Shown: in pieces, positions 25,901 to 39,282 of the stretch
Layout: every line of letters begins with the position of its first letter
Position numbering within the stretch: the first letter of the stretch is position 1
Source of the DNA: Octopus sinensis
Lineage: Eukaryota
Assembly: GCF_006345805.1 (NCBI RefSeq)
Contig: NC_042999.1
Coordinates: 136,338,001-136,402,000 of the forward strand
Length of the DNA stretch: 64,000 nt
Direction: 5' to 3'
Notes under the pieces: model-generated
The model's input: only the letters and a program-made list of their open reading frames with translations
The model's database searches: none
What the model was told of the DNA's origin: nothing
Made by a program: the position numbers and the translations under genes

Positions 25901-28900
25901 CTAATTTCACTGGTTGCAAGTTGATAAGCTGCTTTGGTATATTGGTTATTGCAGTTATCCAGCACATAACAGATACATGGTTTGATTCCTGTAAATGATT
26001 CTGCCCACTTTTTTTATCATTGAGAGATATTTTACCTATTATATATGCACAGCTCCATTTGCCCTGCAGCACTTCCACAAATGCCCTCTATAATTAGAGT
26101 TCAGTACTTCTTTATGCAGCTGTCCTCGTTGATATGCATCAGGACACCTGCATAAAGAAGTGCCAAGCTCTAATAGTGAAGGGTACCTGTGGAAGGAATA
26201 GACCTAGGAAGACATGGGGCCTGTGGAAAAAAATGCATGAAGTTGATGGGGGTGTCAGGAATGATGGATGTGAATTCTAAAGCAGGGTAGAAAGAGTTAA
26301 CAAAAGAGATAAAGGAAGATCATGAAGATGATAGTAGGTGCCAATACAGTCACCCATATAATAACACCCAGTTTGCTAGTACAAACAGAGAGAAACTGCT
26401 TTAGTAGTGGAAGAAAAAAGACAAAAGGAAGACGTATAGTGTTTTAGAGAATGTTGCATGTTGGTTAGAGAAGGTTCACTCATCTGGAGGCAGTAGTATT
26501 TTTGTCTAACATTTGTAGCAATTGCATCCTCGTATGTGAGTGATGTGTGTAACATGTGTATGTGTGGTGTGTGTATGTGTGCATGTGTGTGTCCATGTGT
26601 GTGCATGTGTGTGTGTGTGTACTATATGCTATGAGATATATTATATCATGAATTTAGGTAAGAAATATATAGACAATACTTTAGAGGGATGAAAACATCT
26701 CAAATTCTATAGAAAAAAAAAATAAGGAGAAAGTGGTAAATGTATGCGTGGCTGCTTAATTGCAGATTTTTCTGGAATGTATTTTGTTTCATGTTTCAAA
26801 ATGTCCAGGAACATAATTGGCACTGATTTAGCTGATGTTCAGTTGCTTTGTGCTAAGGAATAATATAAAAATGAATGTATTTACAGCTGACTTCAGTCAG
26901 TTAACAACTAGAAACATGCAGAAACTCAAAGTTGTCATGGAAACAGCTGAGATCAAATGTAACTGTATGTAACAAATGAATGATTAGAGAAAGGATTTGA
27001 TAGTTTACACTCAGACACCCACTTGCTTTTATGCACATGTGCTTGTAATACATGTACATGTATATTCATCTATGTATATTTATGGACACTGATAAACACT
27101 TACAAACAAAACATTTATAATAATATTTAGGTGAAGGCATAGATGTGTATTAAAAAGCTCGCTTCTCCACTGCATGGTTCTAGGTTCAGTCCCACTGCAT
27201 GGCATCTTGGACTAGAGTCTTCTACTATAGCCTCAGGTCAACCAAAGCCTTGTGAGTGGAATTGGTTGACAGAAACTAAAAGAAGCATATAGATACATAC
27301 ATCCATATGCCATACTGATACCATGTAAAAAGCTTCCATGCCACCACCATGTTAATAGCACTTGTGCCACTGCCACATAAAAGCACCCATACTGGTGCCA
27401 CATTTAAAAACATCCAGCTCACTCTGTACAGTTGGAAAATGGACACATTAAATGGTGATGATGATGATGATTGTTGATGTTATAAGAATTTAGAAACTTC
27501 AAGATGAATGTGAAATGTTTCTTTGTTGGAACCTTGTAACTTAAAGCATATAAAGCTATAAATACTGGGTCATCCCATAAATAATGCAGTTTTTTTAATT
27601 GTATGAACTAAAAATTGTAGGGGAATGGGATTAACTACCTGCATCAACTAACTATAAAAGCAGGTAGTGATTTTACCTCGTACTTATTTTTAGTGCAAGT
27701 TTTGAAGAGTGCAGTTCGATTTTAACAGTTATTTTTTCAAAGCTATATTGGAAGTGTCAAAGGAACATATTTGGCATATTTTGCTTTATGAGCTCAATAA
27801 AGGCAACAACACAATAATATTGCAGTATATGGATATCGGACAATAAGCGTAAGCCAGTGACAGTGGTGGTTCTAAAAATTCCAAGCTGGAAACTACAGCC
27901 TAAAAGATGAGCCTTGTTCTGGAAGATCTGTAGATCTTGTTGAGGATGTCCTGTAAACCCTGGTGGAATGAAATCCCATTGTAGCTGTTGAGGAACTAGC
28001 AGAGAAGCTTGAATTTTATCACTCAACCATTTATCGACACCTGCGTGCCATCAGAAAAGTCAGCAAATTGGGTCAGTGGGTTCCTCACAAACTTTCTGAG
28101 TCTAATCCTATGCAGAGAGTGAATGTGCTCTTCTTTGCTGTAACATCTCATGAATGAACCTTTTTGGACTGAATAGTGACTGGTGATGAGAAATGGGTTC
28201 TCTATAAAAATGTCAAGCCCCAAAGACAGTAGGTAGGGAAAGGAGAACCATTGCACCCTAGGCTAAAAAAAGGTCTTCACTCACGTAAGTGTTTGGTAGG
28301 ATATGAAAGGTTTAGTCCACTTTGAACTTTTAAGCCCAACCCAAATGATAACAAAGGAGATCTACAGCAAGCAGCTTGAGTAGCTTAGTCAGCGCTAGAA
28401 GGAAAACAAGCATCTTTGGTTTCAAGATGAAAGGTATTCTTCCATCAGGGTAATGCTCAGCCTCATACAGTGAGGATGACATTCCAGAGGCTGATGCAGT
28501 TTGAATAGGAAACGATGTCCCACTCACTATATTTGCTGGACATTGCCCCATTTGATTATCATTTATTCCACAGTTTTCAAAATCATTTTTTGATGGAGAA
28601 AATATGAATTCTGTAGATGATATCAGAAAGTACTGGAGGAGTATGAGTATTTTTTGTCATAGACGAGTGAATTTTGGAAGAGGGGCCTTGCAAGTCTACC
28701 AGATAGATGGAAGAGCATTGTAGAAAATGAAGGAGAGTATATTTTAGATTAAAAAAGAACTTTATCATAATTTTGTAAAATAAAAGCAGTATAAAAAAAA
28801 CACATTATTTATGGGGCAACCTAATAATAGTATATAAATATGGCATTAAAAAGCCTTTGGATAGAAAAAGTCAAAGGCCTGACTACTACAAGATTTCCAA

Positions 28901-29447
28901 TAAACATAACAGAAAAACATATTTATATACTCTGTGCTATTTTCATTCTGAGTTCAACTCCTGCTACAATAAGCTTTATATTTTATCCTTCTGGGATAAA
29001 AAATTAATGACAGTTAGGTAAAAAGGTTGATTAAATTGGTTGTTCCCTCTTCCATAATTTGTGACCTATGTATGCTAAAGGCAGATATTTTCACTCAAAG
29101 GAGAATAGTCAGTTTCTAAACCTTAGTCAGATTTCCCAGGTTGATGCAATATATTTTCAGAGAGCAAAGGAATGATAAGAGAAGAAAAGTAGGTGTAAGA
29201 AATGGATTTGTATGAAGACAGTACCCATTTTATTCGCTGAAAAGCAGGATACATGTCAGTATGCTAGTGGATGTAATGTGTTGGTTAGGAAAGGTTTATT
29301 TATCTGGTGGCTAGCTGTGTTTTTGGATACCATCTAGGATATTTGTGGATGTAGCAACTGCAGCCTTTTATATATGAACTAGCAAACACACCTGTCCTTT
29401 GGACAGTTTAAGTTGCTCTGGTAGTATTTTTTCACCAAATAATTGAA
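17760..29447 (-). CDS. Candidate 3' exons of an unidentified gene (29447-29392, 25888-25828, 17827-17760)
   Basis: Three short AG...GT-bounded open segments with compatible phases (1>0, 0>1, 1>stop) join to xQLFGEKILPEQLKLSKGQ-DKIKECIYFGLLNALKNLKI-DSKDGALKEHHQRRKQFLLQFS*. Minus-strand AATAAA sites lie downstream near 17.25-17.3 kb. No protein family recognised. Confidence 0.25.
18041..18385. repeat. Triplicated compound minisatellite: roughly 55-bp unique unit plus (TATG)n
   Basis: gtagaaacagaattttgaaattattgKgataaaaatagtttcagtataaacaat at 18041, 18137 and 18253, each followed by (TATG)n. Confidence 0.95.
18406..18580 (+). mobile_element. Helentron-associated (HINE/DINE-1-like) non-autonomous element 5' fragment
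   Basis: attacctccgc...gaagg...tattgttttcag...gtttgtttgtcc...gatatctcaagaact.ctggatggatt..atgaaacttt resembles HINE/DINE-type termini (from recognition). Confidence 0.55.
18580..19330 (+). mobile_element. RTE/BovB-like LINE C-terminal fragment with tandem C2H2 zinc fingers
   Basis: ORF 18564-19274: LRWSGHLVRMKDSRMPKQLF.GQL...KPKKRYKD.LK...WE.IA.DRSRWR, then CSVC..CFSKAGLMSHLLSH and CRACGRECNSAGGLKRHAKVH. Confidence 0.85.
20405..20650 (+). mobile_element. tRNA-derived SINE
   Basis: ggaggcacatggcttactggttagg...ggtttcaattcctgg; homologous to 52540-52790. Confidence 0.8.
21725..22056 (-). mobile_element. RTE 3'-end fragment with 3 units of the 61-bp array, inserted in gypsy gag
   Basis: (CAT)n tail, atttagcgtccgttttccatgctagcatgggttggacgg, then gccag..ctggc/gaacggatggtgcttttacgtg units as at 61.7-62.9 kb. 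Confidence 0.9.
23087..23329 (-). mobile_element. Inverted fragment of the same gypsy family (end of internal region, PPT, LTR start) inside pol
   Basis: Its reverse complement matches 25250-25460 and retains aaaggggaga|TGAGACAA, which matches the 5' LTR start at 20786. Confidence 0.85.
27565..28824 (+). mobile_element. Full-length (about 1.26 kb) mariner transposon with a degenerate DD34D transposase
   Basis: TIRs ctgggtcatcccataaataatgc... and ...cattatttatggggcaacctaa, flanked by TA. MEVSKEHIWHILLYELNKGNN, VTGDEKWVLYKNVK, FHQGNAQPH, DIAPFDYHLF; stops and frameshifts present. Confidence 0.93.
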
Positions 29448-30224
29448 CTACCAAGAAGATTTATGAGTAGCACAGCAATCTATGTTCCTGATTAACCTAG
29501 GTTAATTGAAGGCTGGTTATTGCAGAGGTCGTTGCACTTTTAATGATCATAGAACATATAAGTTTGCAAGCCATGTAAAGTAGAGCTACTGAAAGGTTTT
29601 GGGAATAGATTATGGATAATGACTACAAAATATAGTTGTTTTACATGAAAGCGAAATTTCTTGTCAGAACCAGCCATATAAATGGTGAAAGGAAATTGAA
29701 GGAAGAAGTTGAAACTTCCCCTCTGCGAGTTAATTTTTTTATTTTCAACAGCAAAGGGAGCTAACAAAAGCCCCTTTATTCTGTCTTTCCACATAGCCTG
29801 CACATAAACTAACAGTGAATGCTGTATAAAGTGAAATTGGTATAGAACTTTCTGAAAGACACATAGCTTTCGATAGTGGGAACAAAACTCTTATTTAAAG
29901 GTTGGTTCTTTGGGATGAATCATATGTGATTGTTTAAAAAAGGTTAGAATGACAATGCTAAAACATATTTGAAACAATGGACAACAGTCGAAATATCACA
30001 ATGGATTGATAAATAAGCATCTTAAAAGTGAAACAAGGCATTGGTAGGTAAACAAATAGAAGAGAGGGAAGGGAGCATTACCTTTCAAGTAACTCGGAAT
30101 AGGTAATGATAAGCTTGTCAAAGATTAATCCAGTTTAAATATAGAGATTAAAATTGTTTGGTATTGGATATTCATCACATACAGTGTTCCCAGGCAATTT
30201 AATCACTGTGGTAGGTATACAGTC

Positions 30225-30715
30225 AAAATAAATAAATAGACAAAATCCTTTCACTTTTATAAAAAGATTTTAAAAGTATGGAACACCCTACATACAAAAC
30301 AGCTATGTCCATTTATGTCTATTTACACGGGTGCTCTGGGCAAAATGTTTAGTGAATGACCATCCGTGGGACATAAGTAACGTGTGTGTATAAAGTTTGG
30401 TGAAAATCGGTTGAGAATTGTGGGAATGTGTGCGTTCAGTGTTTCTAGTCGCTGGTGGACAGAGGAAATAAATAAATAGATAAAATCATTTCACTTTTAT
30501 AAAAAGATTAAACAAGTATGGAACACCCTACATACAAAAAAGCTATGTCCATTTACGTCCGTTTATGTAAGAGTTCTAAGCAAAATGTTATAGTTCATGA
30601 CTATCCTTGGGACATAAGTAATATGTTTGTAAAGTTTGGTGAAAATCAGTTGAAAATTGTAGAAATGTATGCATTAGTCATTATACACAGAGATACTGCG
30701 ATTTATATATACTAG
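30225..30715 (+). mobile_element. Helitron/HINE-like non-autonomous 3' region with a tandemly duplicated roughly 240-bp unit
   Basis: Two copies of aaataaataaataga.aaaatc.tttcacttttataaaaagatt...aagtttggtgaaaatcRgttga; ends tttatatatactag. Confidence 0.6.
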
Positions 30716-30785
30716 ATGATGTTGTGTGTAACAAATGTGTGCATGTATGTGTATGTACATGAATGCATATGTACATGTATATGTA

Positions 30786-30818
<33 letters not shown>

Positions 30819-31315
30819 ATGTAGTCTACCTGAATCTGTCTGTATCTGTGCATATACTACTTGTTATGAGATATATTATGCCATTAACTTAGGTAAAAAA
30901 TATATAGGCAATACTTTAGAGAGATGGAAGCATCTAAGACTTCAACAAAAAATAAAGGGTAGGTGGTGAGTATAAGAGTGCTGCTTAATTATGATCTGAT
31001 AATGAATAATATAACCACCTCTCAGCTGTTCATAGCCAACAGTCAGTGAATACCTGTACAGTTATGGAATCTGTTTTTACTTCATCTTACTAAATTTATC
31101 TTTTGTCTGTTATTTATTTCAGTTCTTGGATTGTAGCCATGCTGGGGCATCACCTTGAAGGGTTTAGCCAAACAAACTGACACCAATACAAATATTTTTT
31201 TTCAGTCTAGTATTTATTCTATTGGTCTGCTTTGCTGAACTGCTAAGTAACAGGGATGTAAACAAACCAAAACCAGTTGTCAAGTGACAAACACAAGGAC
31301 ACACATACATAGATA

Positions 31316-31359
<44 letters not shown>

Positions 31360-32674
31360 TATACAACCATGTATGAATTAATGTGTATATGCATGTATGT
31401 ATGAGCATGAAGATGGGAGTAGACTCAGGAAGATGTGAGACAAAGTTCTGAGGAAGGATCTAGAGATGTTGGGACTCAAATAGGGGATGACAGGGGACCA
31501 AGACGCCTGCCGGTTTGCTGTGCTTGAAAAGACATGTCAAGCTAAGTAAAAGCATGGTTGCTCTTGCATACTAGTTTGACCCCTGCATCCCTCTCCAGCT
31601 GTGCATTCATAATCTTGTGTGCACATGGGTGCTGGTGCCACTTAAAAAGCACTCATATGGTGCCATGTAAATGCACCCATGCCAGTGCCACCGAAAAGCA
31701 TCCAGTACACTCTGTAATGTGGTTGGCATTAGGAAGGGCATCCAGCCATAGAAACCGTGCCAAAACAGACATGTAACCTGGGCAGTAGAAACCAAGTCAA
31801 AATCACTGGAGTCTCGTGCAGATCTCTGGCTTACCAGTTCCAGTCAAACCATCTAACCCGTGCCAGCATAGAAAATAGATGCTAAATTATGATGATGATG
31901 ATGATAATGATATGTATGTATGTATGTATATGACAGGTATCTTTAGATTCTATCTCCCAAATCCTATCATAAGTTGGCTCAGGGCTATAGTAGAAGATAC
32001 TTGCCCAGGGTAACATGCAGTGGGACTGAACCTAGAATCATGTGGTTGGGAAGTAAGCTTCTTACCACATAGCTGCAAAGAAAAGGAGAATACAGAAATG
32101 AGAACAAGTGACTGAGAAAGGTAGAAAAGTAGATGAAAGCATTGACTATATCTAGAAATGGCTGAGAAGAAAACATTTAAAATGATTTGAAAGATAGAAG
32201 TAGAATGTGAAGGATATAATGTACTAAAAAGATTGACTTAAAAGTGCTAAAAAATAACTAAAAAATGTCCTGGAACTTTGGAAACTGAAAATGCCAAAAA
32301 GGAAAATAAAAAGTGAATACTTGAGAGAATTAGGGAAAGAGAGGATAGTAGAGAAAAGGGTGCAGAGAACTGAGAAAGATTGAGAAGTGGTGAAAGCATT
32401 GACAAGATATAAAAACATTGGGAGAAAATATAACATGATTGAAAAGTAAAGAAACTGAATATAAAGCAATGAAAATCCTAAAAATGGTCTGGGGACATGG
32501 AAAATCACAGCAAAATATCAACATGGTTGAAAAATACTTAGACAATTAAAAACTACTGCGAACAGTGAAGAAATAGATAAGTTAGTGAGATAGGCATCCT
32601 TACCCACCAAAAATGACTGAAATTTTGAGAATATAATATATATGTGTAGATATATACAGACATACATACATATT

Positions 32675-33060
32675 CTCTTTTTTCTCTTTTACTTGTTTCA
32701 GTCATTTGACTGCGGCCATGCTGGAGCACTACCTTTAATTGAGCAACTCGACCCCGGGACTTATTCTTTGTAAGCCCAGTACTTATTCTATCGGTCTCTT
32801 TTTTGCCGAACCGCTAAGTGACGGGGACGTAAACACACCAGCATCGGTTGTCAAGCGATGCTAGGGGGACAAACACAGACACACATATATATATATATAT
32901 AGGCTTCTTTCAGTTTCCGTCTACTAAATCCACTCACAAGGCATTGGTCGGCCCGGGGCTATAGCAGAAGACACTTGCCCAAGATGCCACACAGTGGGAC
33001 TGAACCCGCAACCATGTGGTTGGTTAGCAAGCTACTTACCACACAGCCACTCCTGCGCCT
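32675..33060 (-). mobile_element. Young full-length tRNA-derived SINE
   Basis: aggcgcaggagtggctgtgtggtaag head, ggttcagtccc B-box-like motif, retained CpGs, tail gtgctccagcatggccgcagtcaaatgactgaaacaagtaaaaga. Confidence 0.9.
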
Positions 33061-33143
33061 ATATATGTGTAAATATTTACATCATCATCATCATCATCAT
33101 TTAACGTCCGCTTTCCATGCTAGCATGGGTTGGACAGATTATA

Positions 33144-33175
<32 letters not shown>

Positions 33176-33397
33176 ATTGTCAATACCTTTTTTAATATTA
33201 TTTTACTGTAAATCTCAGTAAGTTTTAAAAACATTTTGTAAGTATATATATATATAAGCATGTGTATGTGTGTGTGTGTGTGTGACTGTGTGCATGGATG
33301 TGTGAATCTCCGTATGTTTGTATATGTGTGTGTGTGGATATAAGTATATAAATATATATATATTTGTTTGTATATATAAGTATATATATATGTGTAT

Positions 33398-33428
<31 letters not shown>

Positions 33429-33436
33429 GCATATGC

Positions 33437-33476
<40 letters not shown>

Positions 33477-33487
33477 TTATATATACA

Positions 33488-33566
<79 letters not shown>

Positions 33567-33994
33567 TTATACACACACTTACACATACCTATATATACTT
33601 ATAAATTGTTTTTAAAAAGTACTAAGATGTACAGTAAAATAATAATAATAATAAAAGGTATTGAAGATTACCAACAATTATTGAGAGTATTTAGAAATAT
33701 AGTTAAAAGAGACTAAAAAATAGTGATAAAATCCTGTTATCAGGAAAAATATTTGTATTGTAAAAGTCAGAAAATGAATAAGAACTACCAAAAAAAAAAA
33801 AAGTAAATTAAAATATAGAATATAAAAGATTGAAATTTCTGGGGAGGATTAGGAAAAGCTGAAAAACCTGAAGAGAAGTGAAAGCGGCTGCAAACTTCAG
33901 AAAAAGTTTTAGGAAATTATAGAAATTCAATAGAATCACTGACAACATACATAGTATTGTGTATGTGTTTCTGTTTGGAATATATATATATATA

Positions 33995-34420
33995 TCATCA
34001 TCATCATCATCATCATTTAGCGTCCGCTTTCCATGCTAGCATGGGTTGGACGGGTCAACTGGGGTCTGTGAAGCTGGAAGGCTTCGTCAGGCCCAGTCAG
34101 ATCTGGCAGTGTTTTTACGGCTGGATGCCCTTCCTAACGCCAACCCCTCCGCGAGTGTAGTGGGTGTTTTTTATGTGCCACCTGCACAGGTGCCAGACAG
34201 AGCTGGCGAACGGCCACGAACGGATGGTGCTTTTACGTGTCACCGGCACGGGGCCAGGCGATGCTGGCAACGGACACGAACGGATGGTGCTTTTACGTGC
34301 CACCGACACGGGGCCAGACAGAGCTGGCAAACGGCCACGAACAGACGGTGCTTTTACGTGTCACCGGCACGGGGGCCAGCCGAGGCTGGCAACGGACACG
34401 AACGGATGGTGCTTTTACGT
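33995..34420 (-). mobile_element. RTE 3'-end fragment with 4 units of the 61-bp array
   Basis: Same tail and A/B units as 61487-62920; truncated at (TA)n. Confidence 0.9.
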
Positions 34421-34432
34421 ATATATATATAT

Positions 34433-35086
34433 ATCAAAATAAGCAACAACGATATCCAAAGGTAGTGTAGTACAATCGTTTCATGCTACTTCATTTAATT
34501 AAACAATGTAAGTATTACATCAGTTTTAAAATGTAGAGCACTCTTCAGCCATATATGGAATTTTTTAATTAAATTTATAATGTTCATTTTTATACTTATT
34601 CCATTTGCCAACATTACAAAGAGGGTAGGTATATAGGCAGAGAGGTGAATTTCATCAGTAAGAACATGGTAGTAGATGTTTCCTCATGGACAGATTTTTT
34701 ATCACTGAGTTCACTTTGTTATTTAGATTTACCAATGGGGAAGGTTTTTTAATTTTATTTAATAAAACAACCCCTCCCCATTGGTAAATCTAAATAACAA
34801 AGTGAGCTCAGTGATAAAAAATCTGCCCACGAGGAAAGATCTTCTACTACCATGTTCTTACTGATGAAATTCACCTCCTATCTATATACCTACCCTCTTT
34901 GTAATGTTGGCAAATGGAATAAGTACAAAAATTAACATTATAAATTTAATTTTAAAAATTCCATATGTGGCTGAAGAGTGCTCTACATTTTAAAACTGAT
35001 GTAATACTTACATTGTTTAATTAAATGAAGTAGGATGAAACGATTGTACTACACTACCTTTGGATATCCTTGTTGCTTATTTTGAT
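34433..35086. repeat. Roughly 654-bp near-perfect palindrome of a Penelope-like terminal repeat
   Basis: 34433-34759 is the reverse complement of 34761-35086 with scattered mismatches; centre ttttatt-t-aataaaa. Each arm carries a hammerhead core. Confidence 0.95.
34966..35053 (+). ncRNA. Minimal type I hammerhead ribozyme motif (mirror copy on minus at about 34466-34553)
   Basis: Stem I tgtgg/ctaca; CTGAAGA 34971-77; stem II gtgct...aggat (agcat in the mirror copy); GAAA 35037-40; C-GATT-G; predicted cleavage after GTA at 35048. Confidence 0.6.
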
Positions 35087-35184
35087 TATAATCACCCCAT
35101 TTGATTTATATGGATAATACCTTACCAAATTCTGGTGTCTTTAACTTAAATACCATATTCATCTGAATTAAAATTTTTACTTAA

Positions 35185-35219
<35 letters not shown>

Positions 35220-35724
35220 TTAATAAAATAGGGTAATAATAAATTATTATTACCAGTGGCCTAGCACAAAAAAATGAATTAGTCATTAGACTATATATAA
35301 TTCATATAGAAATACAATAAGAGGCTTCCAAATAGGAAAGCGTTGTGCTAGAAAAAGCAGTAGAAATCTCAAGACCACAAAAAGGATAAATTCATGAGAG
35401 GAATGAAAATTAAAAACGTTTACCATCTCAACTATTTCCCAGACCGACAGTTTCTAACTATTTCCAGCAAAAAAGTATTTGCTGAAGGCCAGTTTCTTCA
35501 GTGGGACAGCCTTTAGAATCCAGACATACGGACCGCTACATCTGATTTATTTCCTCATATGTGTTGTATGTCATAGGCACATACACATGTGTGTGTATGT
35601 GTGTGTGTGTGCATGTGTGTATATATTCATATATATATGTATGTGTATATATATATATTATATATATACATATATATATATATACACATATATACATACA
35701 TATACACACACACACATATGTACA

Positions 35725-35766
<42 letters not shown>

Positions 35767-36035
35767 TATAATTAAGGGCTAAAGGGGGTATTCTAAAGCC
35801 AAATACACTGTTTTATCCACTTATAATCCGCTTGTTACAGGAAAATTGAAACTGAAAACGGGCAACTAACCTTTAGAAAAATTTAAATTTCGTTATCTCT
35901 ATATTGAATCAATTTCGGACTTAATCTTATAAAAAAAGATATATTCCTTCTTCAGTAGAAATATATATATATATATATTATATATATATATAATATATAT
36001 ATATATATGTATGTGTATATATATATTATATATAT

Positions 36036-36376
<341 letters not shown>

Positions 36377-36499
36377 TATATACACATATAAATATATACA
36401 TATATACATATATATATGTATATGTATATATATATAGACATATATATATACATATATGTATGTATATGTATATATATGTTCTCTTTTATAAATCTCAGA

Positions 36500-37225
36500 T
36501 TCCTGCAACTCTGACCTAGATTTTCTGTCACCACAGAAATAAACTATTCTGTGTAGGTTGTGTACTTACACCCCTTCCAATCAGTTGTCCCATAATGCCC
36601 TATTTGGGCGGTTTTCTGCTTCACTAACTTCTTTTAGCCAATATAATTCCAACATAGTAGTTTTGTGAAATGAACAGAAATGTGATCAGCATCTTCTCAT
36701 ATATCAGGAAATTATATCTACATTATTATGGATAAATTCATCGTCTCTGAGTATGAAATATCTCCTCATATCTCCAGAAATTACACCTGCATTATTATGG
36801 ATGGATTTACCTTTTCTGTGAAGCTAACAAACTTTTTTAAAACCTTTTTTAAAACCTTTTATAAAACTGTGCATCATTAGAGAACTTTTGAAGTCTGCTT
36901 ACAATCTTACTTTGCTTTTTATAGAACTCTCTTCGATACTTCATGAATGTAGCCTCACCCTCTAGGATGTTTGGAAAGCTCATATGTGTTTTGGCTGATG
37001 AATATGGGACACTTGTATTTGGTGCAATATTTGCAGCTTTTAATAAAGCTGTTCTTCGTATGAAACAATTGTACTGAACAACTAATCAATTCTTGTTGCT
37101 TTTTTCTTGTTTATAATCACCCCACATTATTTTATGGTTAATACCATATAGATTTCTGGTGAATCTAAGTTAAGTACCGCATTCATGTGAATTCATTGGA
37201 ACTCACTTGAATCTTAATTGTTTTT
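36500..37225 (+). mobile_element. Penelope-like element remnant with terminal repeat
   Basis: Tail ttataatcacccca...taccat...ttctggtg...ttaa.tacc..attcat.tgaatt is shared with 35085-35175; contains a hammerhead core. Confidence 0.6.
36990..37078 (+). ncRNA. Minimal type I hammerhead ribozyme motif
   Basis: ttttgg-CTGATGA (36995-37001)-atatg...cgtat-GAAA (37062-65)-C-AATT-G-TA^ctgaa, with a palindromic AATT loop III. Confidence 0.6.
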
Positions 37226-37227
37226 AC

Positions 37228-37271
<44 letters not shown>

Positions 37272-37678
37272 ATATAGAAGGAGCTTCTACAGGACTAGAA
37301 CTGTTTCATTCAAGAGAAATCTTCAGGAAGCTAGTTAACAAGAATTGTATTGGCATTTATACATTTAGGAGGTTTAAAGGGGTGGTGGTGGGGGACTTTT
37401 TGGGGGTAGGCATAGCGCAAAAAAATCATACTTGGGGGAGTGGTCAAGGAGTCAGTGGTAAATTAGATAGAAGAATAAATAAAGAATAAAAAAAAAAAGG
37501 AGAATAAAAAATATATAGAAGAATAGAGTTTTAGGTAAATAAGGAAAATCTCACTTATACCTATACACATATGTATACATATATACACACACACACACAC
37601 ACACATATACATCCACCATACATACACACACACCCATATATATATATATATCACACCCCACATACATACTATATCTAC

Positions 37679-37718
<40 letters not shown>

Positions 37719-38538
37719 CACATATACATGCATATACATATACACACACACACATGTATATATACACACACACGACCACACATACACACATACACACATA
37801 TATATATATCCACATACACACATGCACACACAACACACAAGTCTCTATATACTCATATATACATATACACATACATGTATATATACATATATATACATAT
37901 ATATATATACATACATATGTGTACCTATTCATACCTACACATACACACATATATACATACAAATACAAACCCATTCCCTAATTTTAATTTTATTATCTTC
38001 ATTTATTACTTTTGTTCTTTGACCGCTGGTCACAAGCATCTTGGCTACGACAGCTAGTCCCTTTATCTTTCTACTTCAGCACAAGCACTCACTCATGCGC
38101 ACACCTCCTTAGCACGCCACTCACTCATTCGTACCCTCATACACATACCGCACCACGCATTATATTCATACATACATACATCTACATACATACACGTATA
38201 TACACATACGTACGCGTACCTACAGATTCATGTCTACAATCTTAGAAGAGTAGTCTATACATATACACCAATAATATATATACACACATACATATACACC
38301 TACATACAAATACATACATACATATATATACACACACATTACATACACATACACACACATATAGATATATATATATATATTATACATATATACATACATA
38401 TCGCATACATACATACATACATACACCCATACACATACAATATACACACATACACCCACCCACACGTAACATCACTACATATACGCGCATGCATACACAT
38501 ACAAATACATCACATACCATATACATATACATACATAC

Positions 38539-38570
<32 letters not shown>

Positions 38571-38850
38571 CATACATATCATACATACATATATATACAC
38601 ACACACATACATACACATATACACATACACGCACATACACATATACATGCGTAACCATACACACACACACAACGCGCATCCATATATACACATAAGTACA
38701 ACACATGCGTAAAAGTATACGTATCTATGCTTACACATACACACAGACACACGCCACTCTCTTATGTTCATACTTACATGCATACTCAAAAATAAGTAAT
38801 AACATTATATACTGCAGTTATTCATACATGCATACTCAAAAATAAATATA

Positions 38851-38950
38851 NNNNNNNNNNNNNNNNNNNNNNNNNNNNNNNNNNNNNNNNNNNNNNNNNN
38901 NNNNNNNNNNNNNNNNNNNNNNNNNNNNNNNNNNNNNNNNNNNNNNNNNN
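38851..38950. other. Assembly gap (100 N)
   Basis: Run of n. Confidence 1.
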
Positions 38951-39069
38951 CTCTGAATGAAACAGTTCTAGTCCTGTAGAAGCCCTCATATAATAAATTA
39001 ATTTTATCTTGTATGTATTGAGTCCCTTTTTACTGTGGGTTAACCCCGAATCAACCCGGGACCTACATA

Positions 39070-39104
<35 letters not shown>

Positions 39105-39282
39105 CATATATATATACACATAATATATATACACATATATATATATATATATATATATGCAATATATATAGGTATTTATTATATATATTTTATATATAAT
39201 ATACACATGTACACACATGCACACAAACACACACACACACTCTCATATAATATACACATACATATGTATATATAGATATATG

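Noticed and set aside
29000-30200. Possible Helitron PIF1 helicase remnant (LVLWDESY) and the 87-aa minus ORF
   Set aside because: Only one motif-like word; flanking helicase motifs are not recognisable and the frame has many stops.
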